A stretch of 63,045 bases of DNA, filler included, from Dirinaria sp. TL-2023a (GCA_051941275.1; 54 parts of 54 records of this genome joined end to end with filler, not necessarily neighbours in it), one strand, 5' to 3'. Positions 38,289-51,682 are shown, numbered from the whole stretch's first letter. Notes: generated by a model not told the origin, from the letters alone. Program-made: numbers and translations.

Positions 38289-39462
38289 ACATACGTTTAT
38301 ATTTTCTCAATTTCTCTGCGTCTTTCTTTGCGCATTCGTATCTCTCGCGTCTCGCGATTTATTTTATCGAACTCAGTTATGATGACATTGTATTTTTCAT
38401 TCTCTGTTTTTTTATCTGCTGTTTTTTCTTTTCTTTTTTTTTTTTGTTTCGCGAGATTCGCGAGAACGATCGCGAGAACGATCGCGAAAACGATCGCGAG
38501 AGATATTTTCTGCTTCTGTTTACGCATACTCAAAATCGAAAAACAATCGTCGTGTAAAACGTTTTAGCGTTTACTGACGTTTATTCAAAACATTTCGTGA
38601 ACGTTTTTTTGATCTCATTATTGCAGAGTTTTTTATGTTGAGTAAAAAATCTTTATCAGACTCTGATATTTGCAGTTCTGCATTTGCATTTGAGTCAGAA
38701 GAATAAATATAATGACGCTCGAGCTTTTTAAAATATTAGTGATAATGAACATTTGATAATTTCAATCGATTATCATCTGTCAGACATTGCTCGATTTTAT
38801 GAACACACGATAAATTTATAATAATTCTAAAAATGTGACTGCGTGAAGACANNNNNNNNNNNNNNNNNNNNNNNNNNNNNNNNNNNNNNNNNNNNTTAAT
38901 TAATTAANNNNNNNNNNNNNNNNNNNNNNNNNNNNNNNNNNNNNNNNNNNNAAGAACGTGCACGCTACGTAGTGCGAGTAATAAAAGCAGACCGCAATAC
39001 TGCAGAACGGAATTGCTCGTGAATAACGCTTTTCATCACGACTTCTGCTTCAGATATCGAATAAAGTAGCTTTGTCGCTTTCAAGTAGTCATTTATCTGA
39101 AAGACTTTCATCAATAGATTCGAGATGATGATCAGAGATGACGTGGATGTCAGAGTGACGGTGTGACAATGTCACGACGACAGCGAGATAAAAGAAAATC
39201 ATCAAACTTTAGAACACAGTACTCGAAACAACAATGAAATGCGGCAACACGATAGAATAAAAGTCAAATCGTGATGTATTTACAATGTCTTCGAAGAGAT
39301 ATGCAATCGAAGCGAAGTAGAACGGTGAAGCAGACGCGGAGTTCCCGACTCACTCAATTGACAACGAGAACTAATGTACTGAATAATTAGTACTGATGTA
39401 TGAGTTGACAATTACACTGATGTTAAGTTTAAAACAAAGAACGAACGTGTTGATGTTATCAA

Positions 39463-39684
39463 TGTTATGAGAGCCGATCAAAAGATACTAAAATTTGAGA
39501 AAAAGAAGATAAAGTTCAATTCCTGCTCAAAACTATCTAATATGCTATATGAACTAGTTACATGCGAAAGAAAAGGCAGTCACCAGGGACGAAAGTCCCG
39601 GGTCCATGGACCCTGGTCCTATAAATATGGTCCTGGTCCTATGACTAAAGTCCTTAGTGCCATAATACCCATGATATCATAATA
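39463..39684. mobile_element. Short LTR, family E (222 bp)
   Basis: TGTTATGA...TCATAATA termini; GC-retaining island in mutated DNA; no TSD. Confidence 0.55.
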
Positions 39685-40014
39685 ATTTCACTCTTTCGAC
39701 GATTCTGATTTTTTGTTTTTCAGTCTGTTTTTTAGAACCTTTGAGATCAATCGCTCGATGTTTGTTTTTGCATGTTTCGCATTTTTAGCTGTTCTTTTTC
39801 TTGATATTAGAGCAGATTTCTGTGCGATGATTCTGTGCGCAGTGAGCGCATTGTTGACTATTCTTGCACGCGTAGATTAGGTGCTCATATTCTTGACATT
39901 TCAAGCACTGCTTCAGTCTGCTCTTTTTGTCGTAGTACTGAATCGTTTTGATGTCGAATTCAATCGTTATATCTTATTGAATCAAACGATTTGCTATCTC
40001 AGCGCTCGTAACTC
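39685..40014 (-). pseudogene. Tad-like LINE ORF1 zinc-knuckle region, mutated
   Basis: Reverse-complement homolog of 51683-51970. Confidence 0.8.
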
Positions 40015-41404
40015 NNNNNNNNNNNNNNNNNNNNNNNNNNNNNNNNNNNNNNNNNNNNTTAATTAATTAANNNNNNNNNNNNNNNNNNNNNNNNNNNNNN
40101 NNNNNNNNNNNNNNGGAATAATGGGTGCTAGTTTTGTAGATTTGCAGATTGTGATAATAAGGGATCCTAGCTTTGATTTAGAGAAGCTCAGGCAGGCATC
40201 CATCCACATACGCGTCCGCACAAGCTTTTTTTTTTCTTGGCACCGTACCGATAATTAACCGTAGATTCGTCGCCCCTCTTAGCTCTTACCCTTAACCCTA
40301 CTTTACCCTAGGTACGAACGACGGGTAGAAAATTAGTGCAACTAAGGTACCTTACGTACTTACCGCAAAAAAGATGGTATGGAAGATGCCAAGTTCTCTC
40401 CCTCCAGCATCACAATCCTAGAAAATCTCCATCTCCACACAATGATCGTAAGGTATCCATATTCCGTAGACTATCCTGTCACCAACCGATCGATTCAATC
40501 CATCCATCATCCCTCTAACGCGAGAAACATGCATCCAAAATCTACAGATGGCTACAATATGTAATACATAATCCACTGCCCCCCAAAAAGAATCGCATGT
40601 TGCATTCAAAGACCCGCCTCCGAGGAGATTTGGTGAAAGGCAGAAAGTAAAAAGGCGCTGCTGCGGGCTCAAATCCCCTTATTGAGCTATGGACTGTAGA
40701 CTTTATAGATCCCAACATGATGAGAGTGTAAAAAAAAAAAAAAAAGAAGGATGTGGAAGGGGGGGGCGGCGAGAAGGGGGAAGCGTGATCGATCATGCAA
40801 GGCTGCTGCTGCTGCCAAAAAGCCTCACGACTCCGTCACGAGGGGAAGATGGCTTGGCGGCATTCCCGCCCTGAGCTACCTATATACATGAACTTACATT
40901 ACATGTAAATGATACCGTAGAAAAAGGCCGAGAAGGAAAATTCAGCTAAATACGAGCTCGCTTTCTCTTTCTATTATCTCTGGGATCTCATCGATCGATC
41001 CGCAACCCCATAGGTCCGCGAAAAACGAAGGTTTAGTAAGGCATCTCCGTACTCGGTCAGGCACAGAAACCCTTTTCCCCCCTTACTCCTTCTGTCCCGT
41101 GCAACAAAACCAAAAAAAAAAAGAAAAGAAAGAAAGAAGAATGTCCTCAGGCTGGATCGGTCCCGGCGCAAAGAGNNNNNNNNNNNNNNNNNNNNNNNNN
41201 NNNNNNNNNNNNNNNNNNNTTAATTAATTAANNNNNNNNNNNNNNNNNNNNNNNNNNNNNNNNNNNNNNNNNNNNGGGGGAAGGGTTGAAGTTTTTCTTT
41301 TTTTTTTTTTTTATATTTGATCTTGAGAGTTATTTGTGATGTGGGACACTAGAGAAGAGGGAGGAGGAAAAAGATGGAATATTATGACTGAGGCATGATG
41401 ATAG

Positions 41405-42236
41405 ACTTGATCTTTCCACGGGGACTCAGACTGTCCTCTCGTCACATACCGCAGGCGTCAAATCACTGGCCTACAGCTCGACCCATTCCTTACTCATATC
41501 GGCCTCCTGGGACTCGACGATCCACATCCAACACCCAGCATCCCCCTCCACAGCGCCAACAACGATCAAGCTGCCCTCGAAACCGTTCTCGCTCTCGCTC
41601 TCCCCCACCAAGCTCGTCGTCGCCATGTCTTCCCGCGCGCTGCATATCTACGATCTTGCGACCCTCGCCTCGGACTCTTCTTCCGCCGCTGCAGTCCCCG
41701 CTCAAGAGCTCGTGGGGGCTGGCGAGTACATGCCGCTAACGACAGAGCCGTGGCAGCGGCGCGAGAGCTCGCTGAAATTCATGACCCGCGCCGTCGCATG
41801 CATGCCCAACGACGCGGGTTACGCGTCGTCCAGCATCGAAGGCCGCGTCGCCGTCGAATGGTTTGATCCGTCGGAAACCTCCCAGGCGCGGAAATACGCC
41901 TTCAAGTGCCATCGGCAACCGGGCCAGGACGGGGTCGATGTCGTCTACCCGGTCAATGCCCTCGCTTTCCATCCCGTGCACGGCACCTTTGCGTCTGGCG
42001 GGGGAGATGGGTTTGTTGCGCTGTGGGACGGCGTCGCGAAACGGAGGATCAGGCAGTACCAGCGGTATGCGGCCAGCGTGGCTGCGTTGAGCTTTAGTGG
42101 CGACGGTAGGTTTCTCGCTGTCGGGATTAGCCCGGGCTTTGAGGATGGCAAAGAGGGCGAGGGCGAGGGCGCCATCAAGGTTTTCATTCGGGAACTAGGT
42201 GAGAGTGAGGCAAAGGGCAAGGCCGCGAAAGGGTGA
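41405..42236 (+). CDS. BUB3: Spindle checkpoint WD40 protein Bub3, last exon
   Basis: WQRRESSLKFMTRAVACMP, SSIEGRVAVEWFD, KYAFKCHR, VYPVNALAFHP, KRRIRQY; AG acceptor at 41403-41404. Confidence 0.93.
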
Positions 42237-42762
42237 GGGATTTCTGAACCCCTTTACGTACGCGAGTTGTAGAATGCATGAGGTAGTTTGATGTTTTGCT
42301 ATCGGTACTCGTACTTTTTGGAGAGGCTCGAGGANNNNNNNNNNNNNNNNNNNNNNNNNNNNNNNNNNNNNNNNNNNNTTAATTAATTAANNNNNNNNNN
42401 NNNNNNNNNNNNNNNNNNNNNNNNNNNNNNNNNNCATCAGTATCAGAGCAGTCAGACTGACAAGCAAAAATCGATGTCGATTGAGACGAGATCGACATTC
42501 TGACACTCAATTCGTCGATTTCGACTCATCGTCGAAAATTGACTTGACGTTCAGTTTCTCGAGTAATAGATCAAAATCTCTATTGACATGTGATTCGTAT
42601 CGAAGCATCAGATCGACAGATGGAAAGCTCGAGCGCTCGCAATATAAAATCAGTCATTTGTTAATAGGTCATGTACTTGTTCGACAGTTCTCTTTCTCTA
42701 GATTCTCGTTGCAAGCTGAAACTCTTAATTAATGTTCGTGCAGAGTAGAGAATTATCAAACT

Positions 42763-43009
42763 TATTATGACCTGCACAGCGCTCATAGGTATATGAGTAC
42801 TACTAGACCAGAACACTAAGTATAAGGAAGAAAAGAAGGAAAAAACCAGAAGAAGCAGAAGTATAAGTACAGGAGGTGCAAGCAACAAATAGGGGGTCGG
42901 GTATGCGAGTAACACGCCTAGGAGGGTATAGTGCAAAACCCCTTAATATCAGAGTCCTCAGGGTCCTCCAGGGTTCACACATAGGTGCTTTCAGGTCAGA
43001 TTCATGACA
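42763..43009. mobile_element. Solo LTR, family B (247 bp), TSD AAACT
   Basis: Homologous to 38015-38288; AAACT at 42758-42762 and 43010-43014. Confidence 0.88.
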
Positions 43010-44751
43010 AAACTCTGAAAGTCATGCGAGCTGAGTTTGATTGAAGCGAGTTAATCAATTCAAGCTCATCTATACAGGAAATATCAAAAGATCGATCAGC
43101 AGCTCAGTCTCAAATCATGTTAACGTGCATCGACAGCGCAGCAAATTGAAATTTGCTCACGAACGTATAACGTTTATTTAATTAATTTTTGTCGCGAGAA
43201 GCACAGCTTTAATCATGACTTTCTATCGTTGAAATTATATTCACAGTCATATCGATTGCTCACTGCTTGTGACAAGCAAGTGACTATATCAAATGAGTTA
43301 GAAAACGAGTCAAAGCGTCAATCAGATGTTAGCTGAAACACACTTAAAAGCAGTGGCAAAATGTAGAGATTTCGATGAAGCGTGAATGAGAAGACGACGA
43401 TTGAGAGATAGCGTAGAAAACGAGTCGTGAAAAAGAATGCAGATGATATTGTGCTGATGAAGATACGAAGCTAGAAGTAGAACATATCGTGATNNNNNNN
43501 NNNNNNNNNNNNNNNNNNNNNNNNNNNNNNNNNNNNNTTAATTAATTAANNNNNNNNNNNNNNNNNNNNNNNNNNNNNNNNNNNNNNNNNNNNGTATATA
43601 GCCTTGTAAAATAAATAAGAAGATGAAAATAAGGATGCGAAGGATTGAAAAGCTACGTCATCATACTGACTGGTACGCAAAATGCAATTCAATATGCACC
43701 TATTCGAACAAATGGCTATTCGTATCTCGGTGTTGTCTGCATTCCTTGCATCTTAGGTGATCGTATAAACTTCCTACAGCTCCACTTTTCGGGCTGCCTC
43801 CTTTTCGAGATATAGCCGACTGGCTCTGGTTAGTCCCAAATGCTGTGCATATTTCTGCGTGTCGAAGATCGAAAGTCAAAATCTTGGGCAGATCCCGAAT
43901 CCTGAGCCCTTGAAAAAAATCCATGACTGCTACTGGCTGAAGCCAGTAGGATGTGGATTGTGCCCGCTCTGATTGGGTATGCTACGATAAGGTGGGATCT
44001 CAGCAGCCCCGCCGAGGGGTACTTGTAGCCTGCATCTTGACGTTGAGCGCAGATATCGCTGCAGATTAGGATTCAACAGGTGGTGTGCAAGAGTCGAATC
44101 TACAGTACTTTAGCTTTCTGGCCCATGTTGGCCCATGCTGCCAAGCCTCCGCTGCCAAGCCTCCTCACCGCAAGCCTAACCGTTTCGAGTGGCATAACCA
44201 ACATCAGGTCCAAATCCTTCGATTGTGCCGACCTAAGGTACTCAGCATCACTACTCAGCATTAACTCGTCAGTCCTCAAATCGCGATGAAAAAAAAAAAG
44301 AAAAAAAAAAAAGAAAAAAAAAAAAAAGATGAAAAAGGCTATGAAGCGTTCTGGAAACGAGCTACGTGCTAGTTTGCCAATGAGATTTCATGTCCTTTCC
44401 AAAATTTCACGACAGTAACGAATGTTGCCGTTCTATCCGGTCAATCCCATGTTTCATGTTCAAAGCTCTAGGGCTTTCTTGTCCCCTCGGCGTACTTGGA
44501 GACATCCTCCAAAAGCGCCTGTATGAGAACTACTTTGACTTTTGTACCCCCAAATCACGTTCCCGAGCGCGCAAGTCTGTGGTTACCCCATGACAGATTC
44601 TTCAAGTTCGCAATCGTGATCCACTGTTGCGGTTCGGGCTGCGTATTGAGCNNNNNNNNNNNNNNNNNNNNNNNNNNNNNNNNNNNNNNNNNNNNTTAAT
44701 TAATTAANNNNNNNNNNNNNNNNNNNNNNNNNNNNNNNNNNNNNNNNNNNN

Positions 44752-45076
44752 CTAGTGACTTATTACGTGAGATGAGTGAAAGCTTTCTCAAGGTTCTCTG
44801 AGGTCAGTAAAACTCAAGCGAATACTCGGAAACTTTTAGATGATTTAATGTCATCGCTCTATAAGCGCTGCGTAGGCTTCAGTACAATATATCCGCAATA
44901 CTGTCAAGTGATTGCGGGGTCGTATAGAATAAAGAGATCATTCTCATCCCGAGGACTTGAGTTTCTCAGTAATTAGTCTTGATAGTCATAGACTTCTTGT
45001 TTCTCATACTGTTGCACATTGTCACACAACCTAGCTAGTACTTGATTTTCATAAGGAACTTCTTACTAGCATAACA
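44752..45076. mobile_element. LTR family D, truncated by contig edge
   Basis: Reverse complement of 51971-52295; ends CATAACA. Confidence 0.8.
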
Positions 45077-45809
45077 CAGCGATGCGACTCAGAAACGAAA
45101 AACTTCGAGACAAAACACATCAATGTTAAATCGAGAAAATGCGACTATAGAACTACAGAAATGAACGACGTGCTGCGAATATCACTGCTGAATGCATCAA
45201 CAAAAAGAGTGCGACAATACGATCAATCAGTTAATACATGACGCAATCGACGACATGAAATTACTCACAGAACAGTGTTATGAGAACAAAACGTGTCGAT
45301 TGACGTACATAACATGAGTCTCAGAAGAAATATATAGTCAACAAAAATACAAAAATCGAACAATCAGACACACGATAAATAAATTACGAAAAGCAGTACA
45401 AAAAAACAATTGAAACATTTCAAAATCGCAGCGATCAGATGTTACGACACAGAATGTGCAACACATCAACAGAAAAAGATCAAACACGCAAACGAACATT
45501 GATCAAATTGCTACGACGACGTATGTATGATTCATTATCAAGAAAAACATGAAGTCAACTTATTTTCGCGCGAATCACGAGAAAAGAACTTGAGAAACGA
45601 TAAAATTTTTCAGTAAAAAACGTACTGAGAGAGTGCAACGTAATAGTTTAGAAACAGATTAATATAACAGAGCATGTTTACACTCTCAAAACGTCAATAT
45701 GAATTAACGAAAAACGATCAACGACAATAATCGATTTAGACGCAACAGAAAATTTTATGACAGAACATCTAGCAGAGCAACACGAGTTCGTTACTCAAAC
45801 TAAGAATAA
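45077..45809 (+). pseudogene. Ty3/gypsy gag C-terminus/protease relic
   Basis: CYDDVCMIHYQEK His/Cys repeats; IIDLDATENFMTEHLAEQHEFVTQ nearly matches 22018-22272. Confidence 0.75.
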
Positions 45810-45909
45810 NNNNNNNNNNNNNNNNNNNNNNNNNNNNNNNNNNNNNNNNNNNNTTAATTAATTAANNNNNNNNNNNNNNNNNNNNNNNNNNNNNNNNNNN
45901 NNNNNNNNN

Positions 45910-46827
45910 GTGGTGTGGCGTGCTGTGGGTTGCGAGGGGAGGGAGGGGTTTTGGGGGGATGATGCGGCAGTGCTTGACATTGTTGGTGGTTGTGGTTTCT
46001 GGGGTTTGGTAAGAGAGGTGGTTGAGGGTGGTGGTGATCGGGGTTTGCTGGAGGAGTCTTTTGTCGAAAGGACAGACGCTGCGTTTCCCAGAGCGGATTT
46101 GTTGACGTTCCGTGCCGGGTCCTTGCGCTGCCGCTGCTGCTCCGGCGTGAGCGTACTGACGCCCTCTCGGAGGTATTTGAACGAGCTCAGGTTGCGCGCC
46201 TCGATGTTTTGAGGGTCTTGCAGCGTGATGATGTCCTTGCGCCCGAACTCCTCGTCGCTCACCAAATCCTTCCAGTTCTTCGCCTTGATGTTCAGTCGCT
46301 CCACCGTGTCCCAGGCGAACACGTTGCCCGTGGGTTTCAGCGCGACGATATGCGTGTTATCCGTAAACACTTTGTATGTGACTGGATCCACCATCTCGCC
46401 ATCGTCGTTCTTCAAAAAATGCAGCTTGATCAATTCGTCTGATTTCAGGTGGGAGCCGTTGACGGGGTTGGTCCCATGTTTGAGCAGCCAAGGCAAGATG
46501 TTGTCGATGTCGAAGATGGTGCCCTCGGGGGTGCACACAGGGGTTTGGAACGGTTGGAGCGAGATCGCGCAGAAATTGAACGGGAGACGTTTGAAAGGTG
46601 CGGCGCCATCGGCGGAGGCTTTCGAGACCCCCGAGCCAGCGCTGGCAGAGAAGGCATCGGAAGACGACCACTCGCTGTGGGTTATCTAGGAAAATCCTTT
46701 AGACGAAGAGCGACGAGATGGGAAAGGGGAGCTTGGGACATACGTAGAGCTTATCGGTACCTGGGAGTCACGCACTTGGTCAGCTGGAACTTGTACGGAG
46801 GGACAACGGTGACCCACCTTTCCCCAT
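45910..46827 (-). CDS. PPIL2: U-box cyclophilin Cyp60/PPIL2, 5' part (exons 46827-46818, 46760-46744, 46685 onward)
   Basis: Spliced MGKGTDKLYITHSEW...FKRLPFNFCAISLQPF...PVTYKVFTDNTHIVA...DIITLQDP. Confidence 0.92.
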
Positions 46828-48253
46828 CTTTTCAGTCAGGATAGAGAGGTCTAGCTGCTATGATATATCAGTAAACGCTAGACCGCATTTGGCGGAGCAT
46901 TACTGAACTAGAATTCAAGGGTCTAGTCAGGGTTGCAAGTATGCATTTTACGAGGGGAAAGAAAGANNNNNNNNNNNNNNNNNNNNNNNNNNNNNNNNNN
47001 NNNNNNNNNNTTAATTAATTAANNNNNNNNNNNNNNNNNNNNNNNNNNNNNNNNNNNNNNNNNNNNCAAGAAAATGGTCAAGACTGGCGAATGGGAACCT
47101 ACCTTCCTCAAGTCGCAACGTCCAAGGTCCTCCGCCCTCTCCTATGCACGAATTGCATGCCTAATCCAGATTGAATGCTTAATTTATGGGTTGAATGCCT
47201 CAATGAACATCCAGCTTACTGACTGGCTAATTTGTACTGAAAGCTATGTATTTTAGTTGCCGGTAAATTTCAAGTCTTTTGGAAGAAGTCATGCTTGTGA
47301 GCTTCATAAACATTTCTCTTAGAATCGTATTCCACAAATCGCCCTCATCCTCAGAAGGATATATAATTTCCATTCCATGCGTATCCCAACTTCAAAGAAT
47401 ACGCCTAATGCAAGCTCTATCCATCGTGCATTGACATGTGGTCTTCCTTCATTTCGGATAAATATTGGTTTGCCGAATGGGACAGGACTGCTTGATAATC
47501 AACTAAATCCACTATTTACATGAGCTTGCACATATCTTAAGCACACAGAATTCCGCTGCTTCGCACTATACTCAACATGGACTCCCTGTTCAGACCGATT
47601 GTAGTAATACATGAGCTCGGGTGGATAGGATTGATTGCTGCTGCTTGTCGCGCATACAGGAATTGTATCGTGATGATACCTACCTTATATGCTTCTTATC
47701 TTTTCCCCCCCGCTTAGAACTGCCATCATAATTCGTCATATATGGTATAACTCCAAACCCCCCCAAGATTCAAACCTTCCTACTCTCCCGCCAGCAAGCG
47801 TGGCCAAAAACCATCCATAGGTCCATATATGTATGTAACCTTTCGATTCCATAACCCCCTTCATCTAGTCCACCTCATCTAGAAATATCCCCTCCCCTCG
47901 CCAACCATAATTAAACCCTAGCCCCAAAAGAGCGGAGCTTAGCAAATACCTTCCATCACAAACATCCCTTCACTTCACCCTTCTCCTCTCGTATCTCATC
48001 CACCTTATTTCGAAACCGTACACCTCCATTCACCCATTCATTCATTCATGCCTAACAACATATAATCCTTCACCCGTGTCAACAATTTCCATAATAAATA
48101 ATAAGATCTCGTAGATATATATCNNNNNNNNNNNNNNNNNNNNNNNNNNNNNNNNNNNNNNNNNNNNTTAATTAATTAANNNNNNNNNNNNNNNNNNNNN
48201 NNNNNNNNNNNNNNNNNNNNNNNCTTTCATACCGTGCGAGCTACCTAGGGTTA

Positions 48254-48408
48254 CTCGCATTCACCTAGTTTCTTGGTTCACCTACCTTAGTTTCTTGTTA
48301 GGGTTAGGGCTACAGGGAATTTTTAACCCCATTAAAACAACTCCCATCAACCCTAAGTAAAAAACTGTGGGTAACCCTAACCCTGACAAGAAACTAGGTG
48401 AATGCGAG
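48254..48408. mobile_element. MITE related to 11050-11182, TA TSD
   Basis: CTCGCATTCACCTAGTTTCTTG and exact reverse complement; TTAGGGTTAGGG / TAACCCTAACCC inside. Confidence 0.85.
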
Positions 48409-48746
48409 TATGTATCGGCCTCCCTAAATTATTCTGGTGCGACAAGTTGGGCCTCGGCCATTCTTACCGTTCTCCTCAATATCTCTATCAATTATAAATG
48501 CAAACGCGAGTTCTTATCCAAAGCGACAGACCCCGGAATGACATCAAATACTATTAAATCTGTGGGAATACTTGAGAAATCTGGTATAAGTTCAAATTTG
48601 ACAATCTGAAGTCGGCATGCCTCCAAAATTGTCAAACTATACCCCTTGGACATCTGTGTAAATCTTGCTGTAAAGGTTTTTTTATTCAACCTAAATGTAA
48701 ATTTCATTTTGCAAATTTGAAGCTTGGGTACTATGGGATGGAAATA

Positions 48747-49276
48747 TTACAAACACCGTGAGAGGAAGCAAAAGAATATGAATCTTCGTGAGGCGCAGGT
48801 AAGAAATTTGTGGTCAAACCCGTGGCAAGTGTTCTGGGACATCAGGCCCCATTTGGAGCTTGCGGCAATGGTATCTTCTAGCTTCTTGAAGCCACCGGGA
48901 CCAAGTCGGTCCAAATCGTCGTTCTGCTCGTCGCGTCGGGACCATACCATACGGCCGGAACTGGTAGAAGTGGTTTCTTGCGAGATTTCAGAATACATAG
49001 TTGGTCTACAATGCGCGCCCCGGATAATGAAGGAGAGTACAGGGCGCAGGGAGGGCAGGCACGCTGTAACGACGCCGATGCAAGGCTCAGAGGCGGACCA
49101 GCTGCCTGAGTCGACGTAATTCCACGTTGAGTCAAAATTCGTGGGGCAAGAGAGGACGATGATATGGACTATGGAGATGATACAGAAGCTACGAAGTTGT
49201 TAACTATACGCAGGTTGCACAGATAATTATAGCCCTTCGGTTAACCGAGCGTGAAAAGCTTCAAGGTGAAAAAGGC
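48747..49276 (-). CDS. PTH11-like integral membrane protein, 3' part
   Basis: FCIISIVHIIVL...DSTWNYVDSGSWSASEPCIGVVTACLPSLRP, in frame with ORF 48747-48998. Confidence 0.75.
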
Positions 49277-49776
49277 NNNNNNNNNNNNNNNNNNNNNNNN
49301 NNNNNNNNNNNNNNNNNNNNTTAATTAATTAANNNNNNNNNNNNNNNNNNNNNNNNNNNNNNNNNNNNNNNNNNNNCATAGGTAGAGGGAGTTGTTGACG
49401 CTGGGGGCAACATGTTCTGTGACCTTGCTCTTTTTGCTTGCTTGCTAGATAGACGCCTCTGGCGCCGAAGAGACCAAACCAATTCACTTTGTTGAGGCAA
49501 GTTGCGAGGCATCGAAAGCTCTTTCAAAAGTTACCGCTCCATGCTCCATACCCTGCTCCGAAATGTGGTACTTGAGCACAGAAGCTCAAAGATTTAAATC
49601 AAACATCGGCATGTGCAAATTTCCGTATTCTCATTGTAAAGCTCTTCATTCAGTGGACGCCCATAGTACATTTCTACCTTTTTGGAAAAGACGTTTGGGT
49701 ACCTAAACTTTAGTCATGGACTAGGGTTATCCCACCAACGCCCCTTCGGACGGAAATCCAGTAACCCTAGATCCCA

Positions 49777-49984
49777 CCTTACCTACCTTAGCGAAGATAT
49801 ACGATTCCCTGAGACCGAGAAGGCGCGGTGGCTCCTGAGAAACAGTATCGTAACGATTAATAAGGTGTTTATACAGTATCTACACGGTAATTTTCGACTA
49901 ATAAGGGTGTCTATACTGTTTTTCAGGAGCCACCGCGCCTTCTCGGTCCCAGGGAATCGTATATCTTCGCTAAGGTAGGTAAGG
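49777..49984. mobile_element. Foldback/MITE with 72-bp inverted arms (49777-49848, 49913-49984)
   Basis: Arms are reverse complements with 2 mismatches; 64-bp spacer. Confidence 0.85.
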
Positions 49985-50529
49985 ATGCCGGAATTTAGTT
50001 CAGGATGTAAGCTTGGGTTTTCGTGCACAAGCAACATCAACGTCTACCATGCTTCTAGATACGGACACTAGTAGTACAGATGCCAGCTCCCTCGCCGTGA
50101 GTAATGCAGCCGCTTCGCTTAGGATTAACTAATGTTTGGGAAGTGCTTTCGATGCCTCATTGGGACTAGCCTTGACGAAGTCATATATATTAGATTTTGG
50201 GCCTCGCCGGCGCCAAAGGCGTCTATCTAGCAGGCAACAACTGCCTCAAAACATGCTGCCTCTAGCGCCAACAACTCCATCTACCTATGCGGCCGATACC
50301 TGGAGTGGGTGGGTGGGAAAGCGCTTCCGCAGTGCGATATCGAGTGCGATAATCAGCAGGCGATGAAGCAATTGTGGAAGTCAAAGGTGGTGCCGATGGG
50401 GCATTATATGCTCACCCATACACACTGTCNNNNNNNNNNNNNNNNNNNNNNNNNNNNNNNNNNNNNNNNNNNNTTAATTAATTAANNNNNNNNNNNNNNN
50501 NNNNNNNNNNNNNNNNNNNNNNNNNNNNN

Positions 50530-50670
50530 AGTATAGATACAGAAGGTGCAAGCAACAAATAGGGGGTCGGGTATGCGGGTAAACAAATATCAGGGTCCTC
50601 CAGGGTCCTAAGGGTCCTCCAAGGCAGGCACGTGACCACACATAGGTGCTCCCAGGTCAGGTTCATGACA
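50530..50670. mobile_element. LTR family B, truncated
   Basis: Matches 42870-43009 region; ends GGTTCATGACA. Confidence 0.8.
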
Positions 50671-50879
50671 CAGATGATAGTCGAGAATGAATATCGAAAT
50701 ATCGCGACGTTGAAGAATAAAAAAAAGACGATTCAGAGAAACTCTGTCTCTGATTTTTTCGAAATGTCTATTTCAGATTCTTTGATTGACGTCGCGTCGA
50801 AATAATTAATTTTTCTCGATCTTGATAACAATTGATCGCTTATCTCTTTTGCTCCCTTTGATGAAATTGTCACAAGAGA

Positions 50880-51582
50880 TTCTGACAGTTCTCAAGATTC
50901 TTAAATGATTTTCACGTATTGTCTTTCGTAGATCATCTCTTTTATTTAACAAGATATTTCTGATTTCTCTGTTTCAATATTTTTTCGATTTCGAATTCGT
51001 TCTTCTTTTGTGATTCGAAAAAAAAGATGTTCTGTATAAACGTACTGAGATCGACTGATTTCAATAACGATATATGAAATACATTGTTAATTCGTGCGTC
51101 TTTCGACAATTTCAATTCAAACGTTATCGATTCTCTGACTCGTTTAATGAAAAATGATTCTATTTTAACATGATCAAGTTTTTTGTTTGATTTTCTAGTT
51201 TTTAGATTTTTGATCAACAAATAAATCTTATCTCTCTTTTTCAGCTGAGATGTCATTTTTTTTTCTTGTTTTGATAATAGAATAATCGATTCTGTATTTT
51301 AACGATATTTTTATGTATTTTTCTAAATGTTTCGACTCTTTTTTTCGTCGCATTCGTAAACACATTTGTTTTCTGATGTTCGAATAAGTTTGATTCTCTG
51401 TCATAATTCGCAAAGAATGAAGTCGTTTTCGTAATATCGAAGTGCTTTGAGTTGAGTGTCAATTGTGCCATAAATAACAACGATATTCAATTGCTATACG
51501 TGTTGTTGATATAATGTCGCAAGTACTATTTTAGACTCTGGTTCGTTCTATTCGTTTATTCATCAGTCTCTGAATGATATGT
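50880..51582 (-). pseudogene. Chromovirus integrase C-terminus and chromodomain relic
   Basis: LFMAQLTLNS, KKLDHVKIESFFI (GPF-like), INNVFHISLLK, EFEIEKILKQRNQKYLVK*. Confidence 0.9.
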
Positions 51583-51682
51583 NNNNNNNNNNNNNNNNNN
51601 NNNNNNNNNNNNNNNNNNNNNNNNNNTTAATTAATTAANNNNNNNNNNNNNNNNNNNNNNNNNNNNNNNNNNNNNNNNNNNN

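Noticed and set aside
40272..40312. Degenerate CCCTAA-like tract
   Set aside because: Too short and degenerate, internal to contig, no TIR structure
44776..44976. Duplicated small ORF (also 52071-52292)
   Set aside because: Both lie within LTR family D copies; similarity reflects the repeat
49682..50040. Antiparallel ORFs sharing YLSEDIRFP.TEKARWLL
   Set aside because: Artifact of the 72-bp inverted repeat
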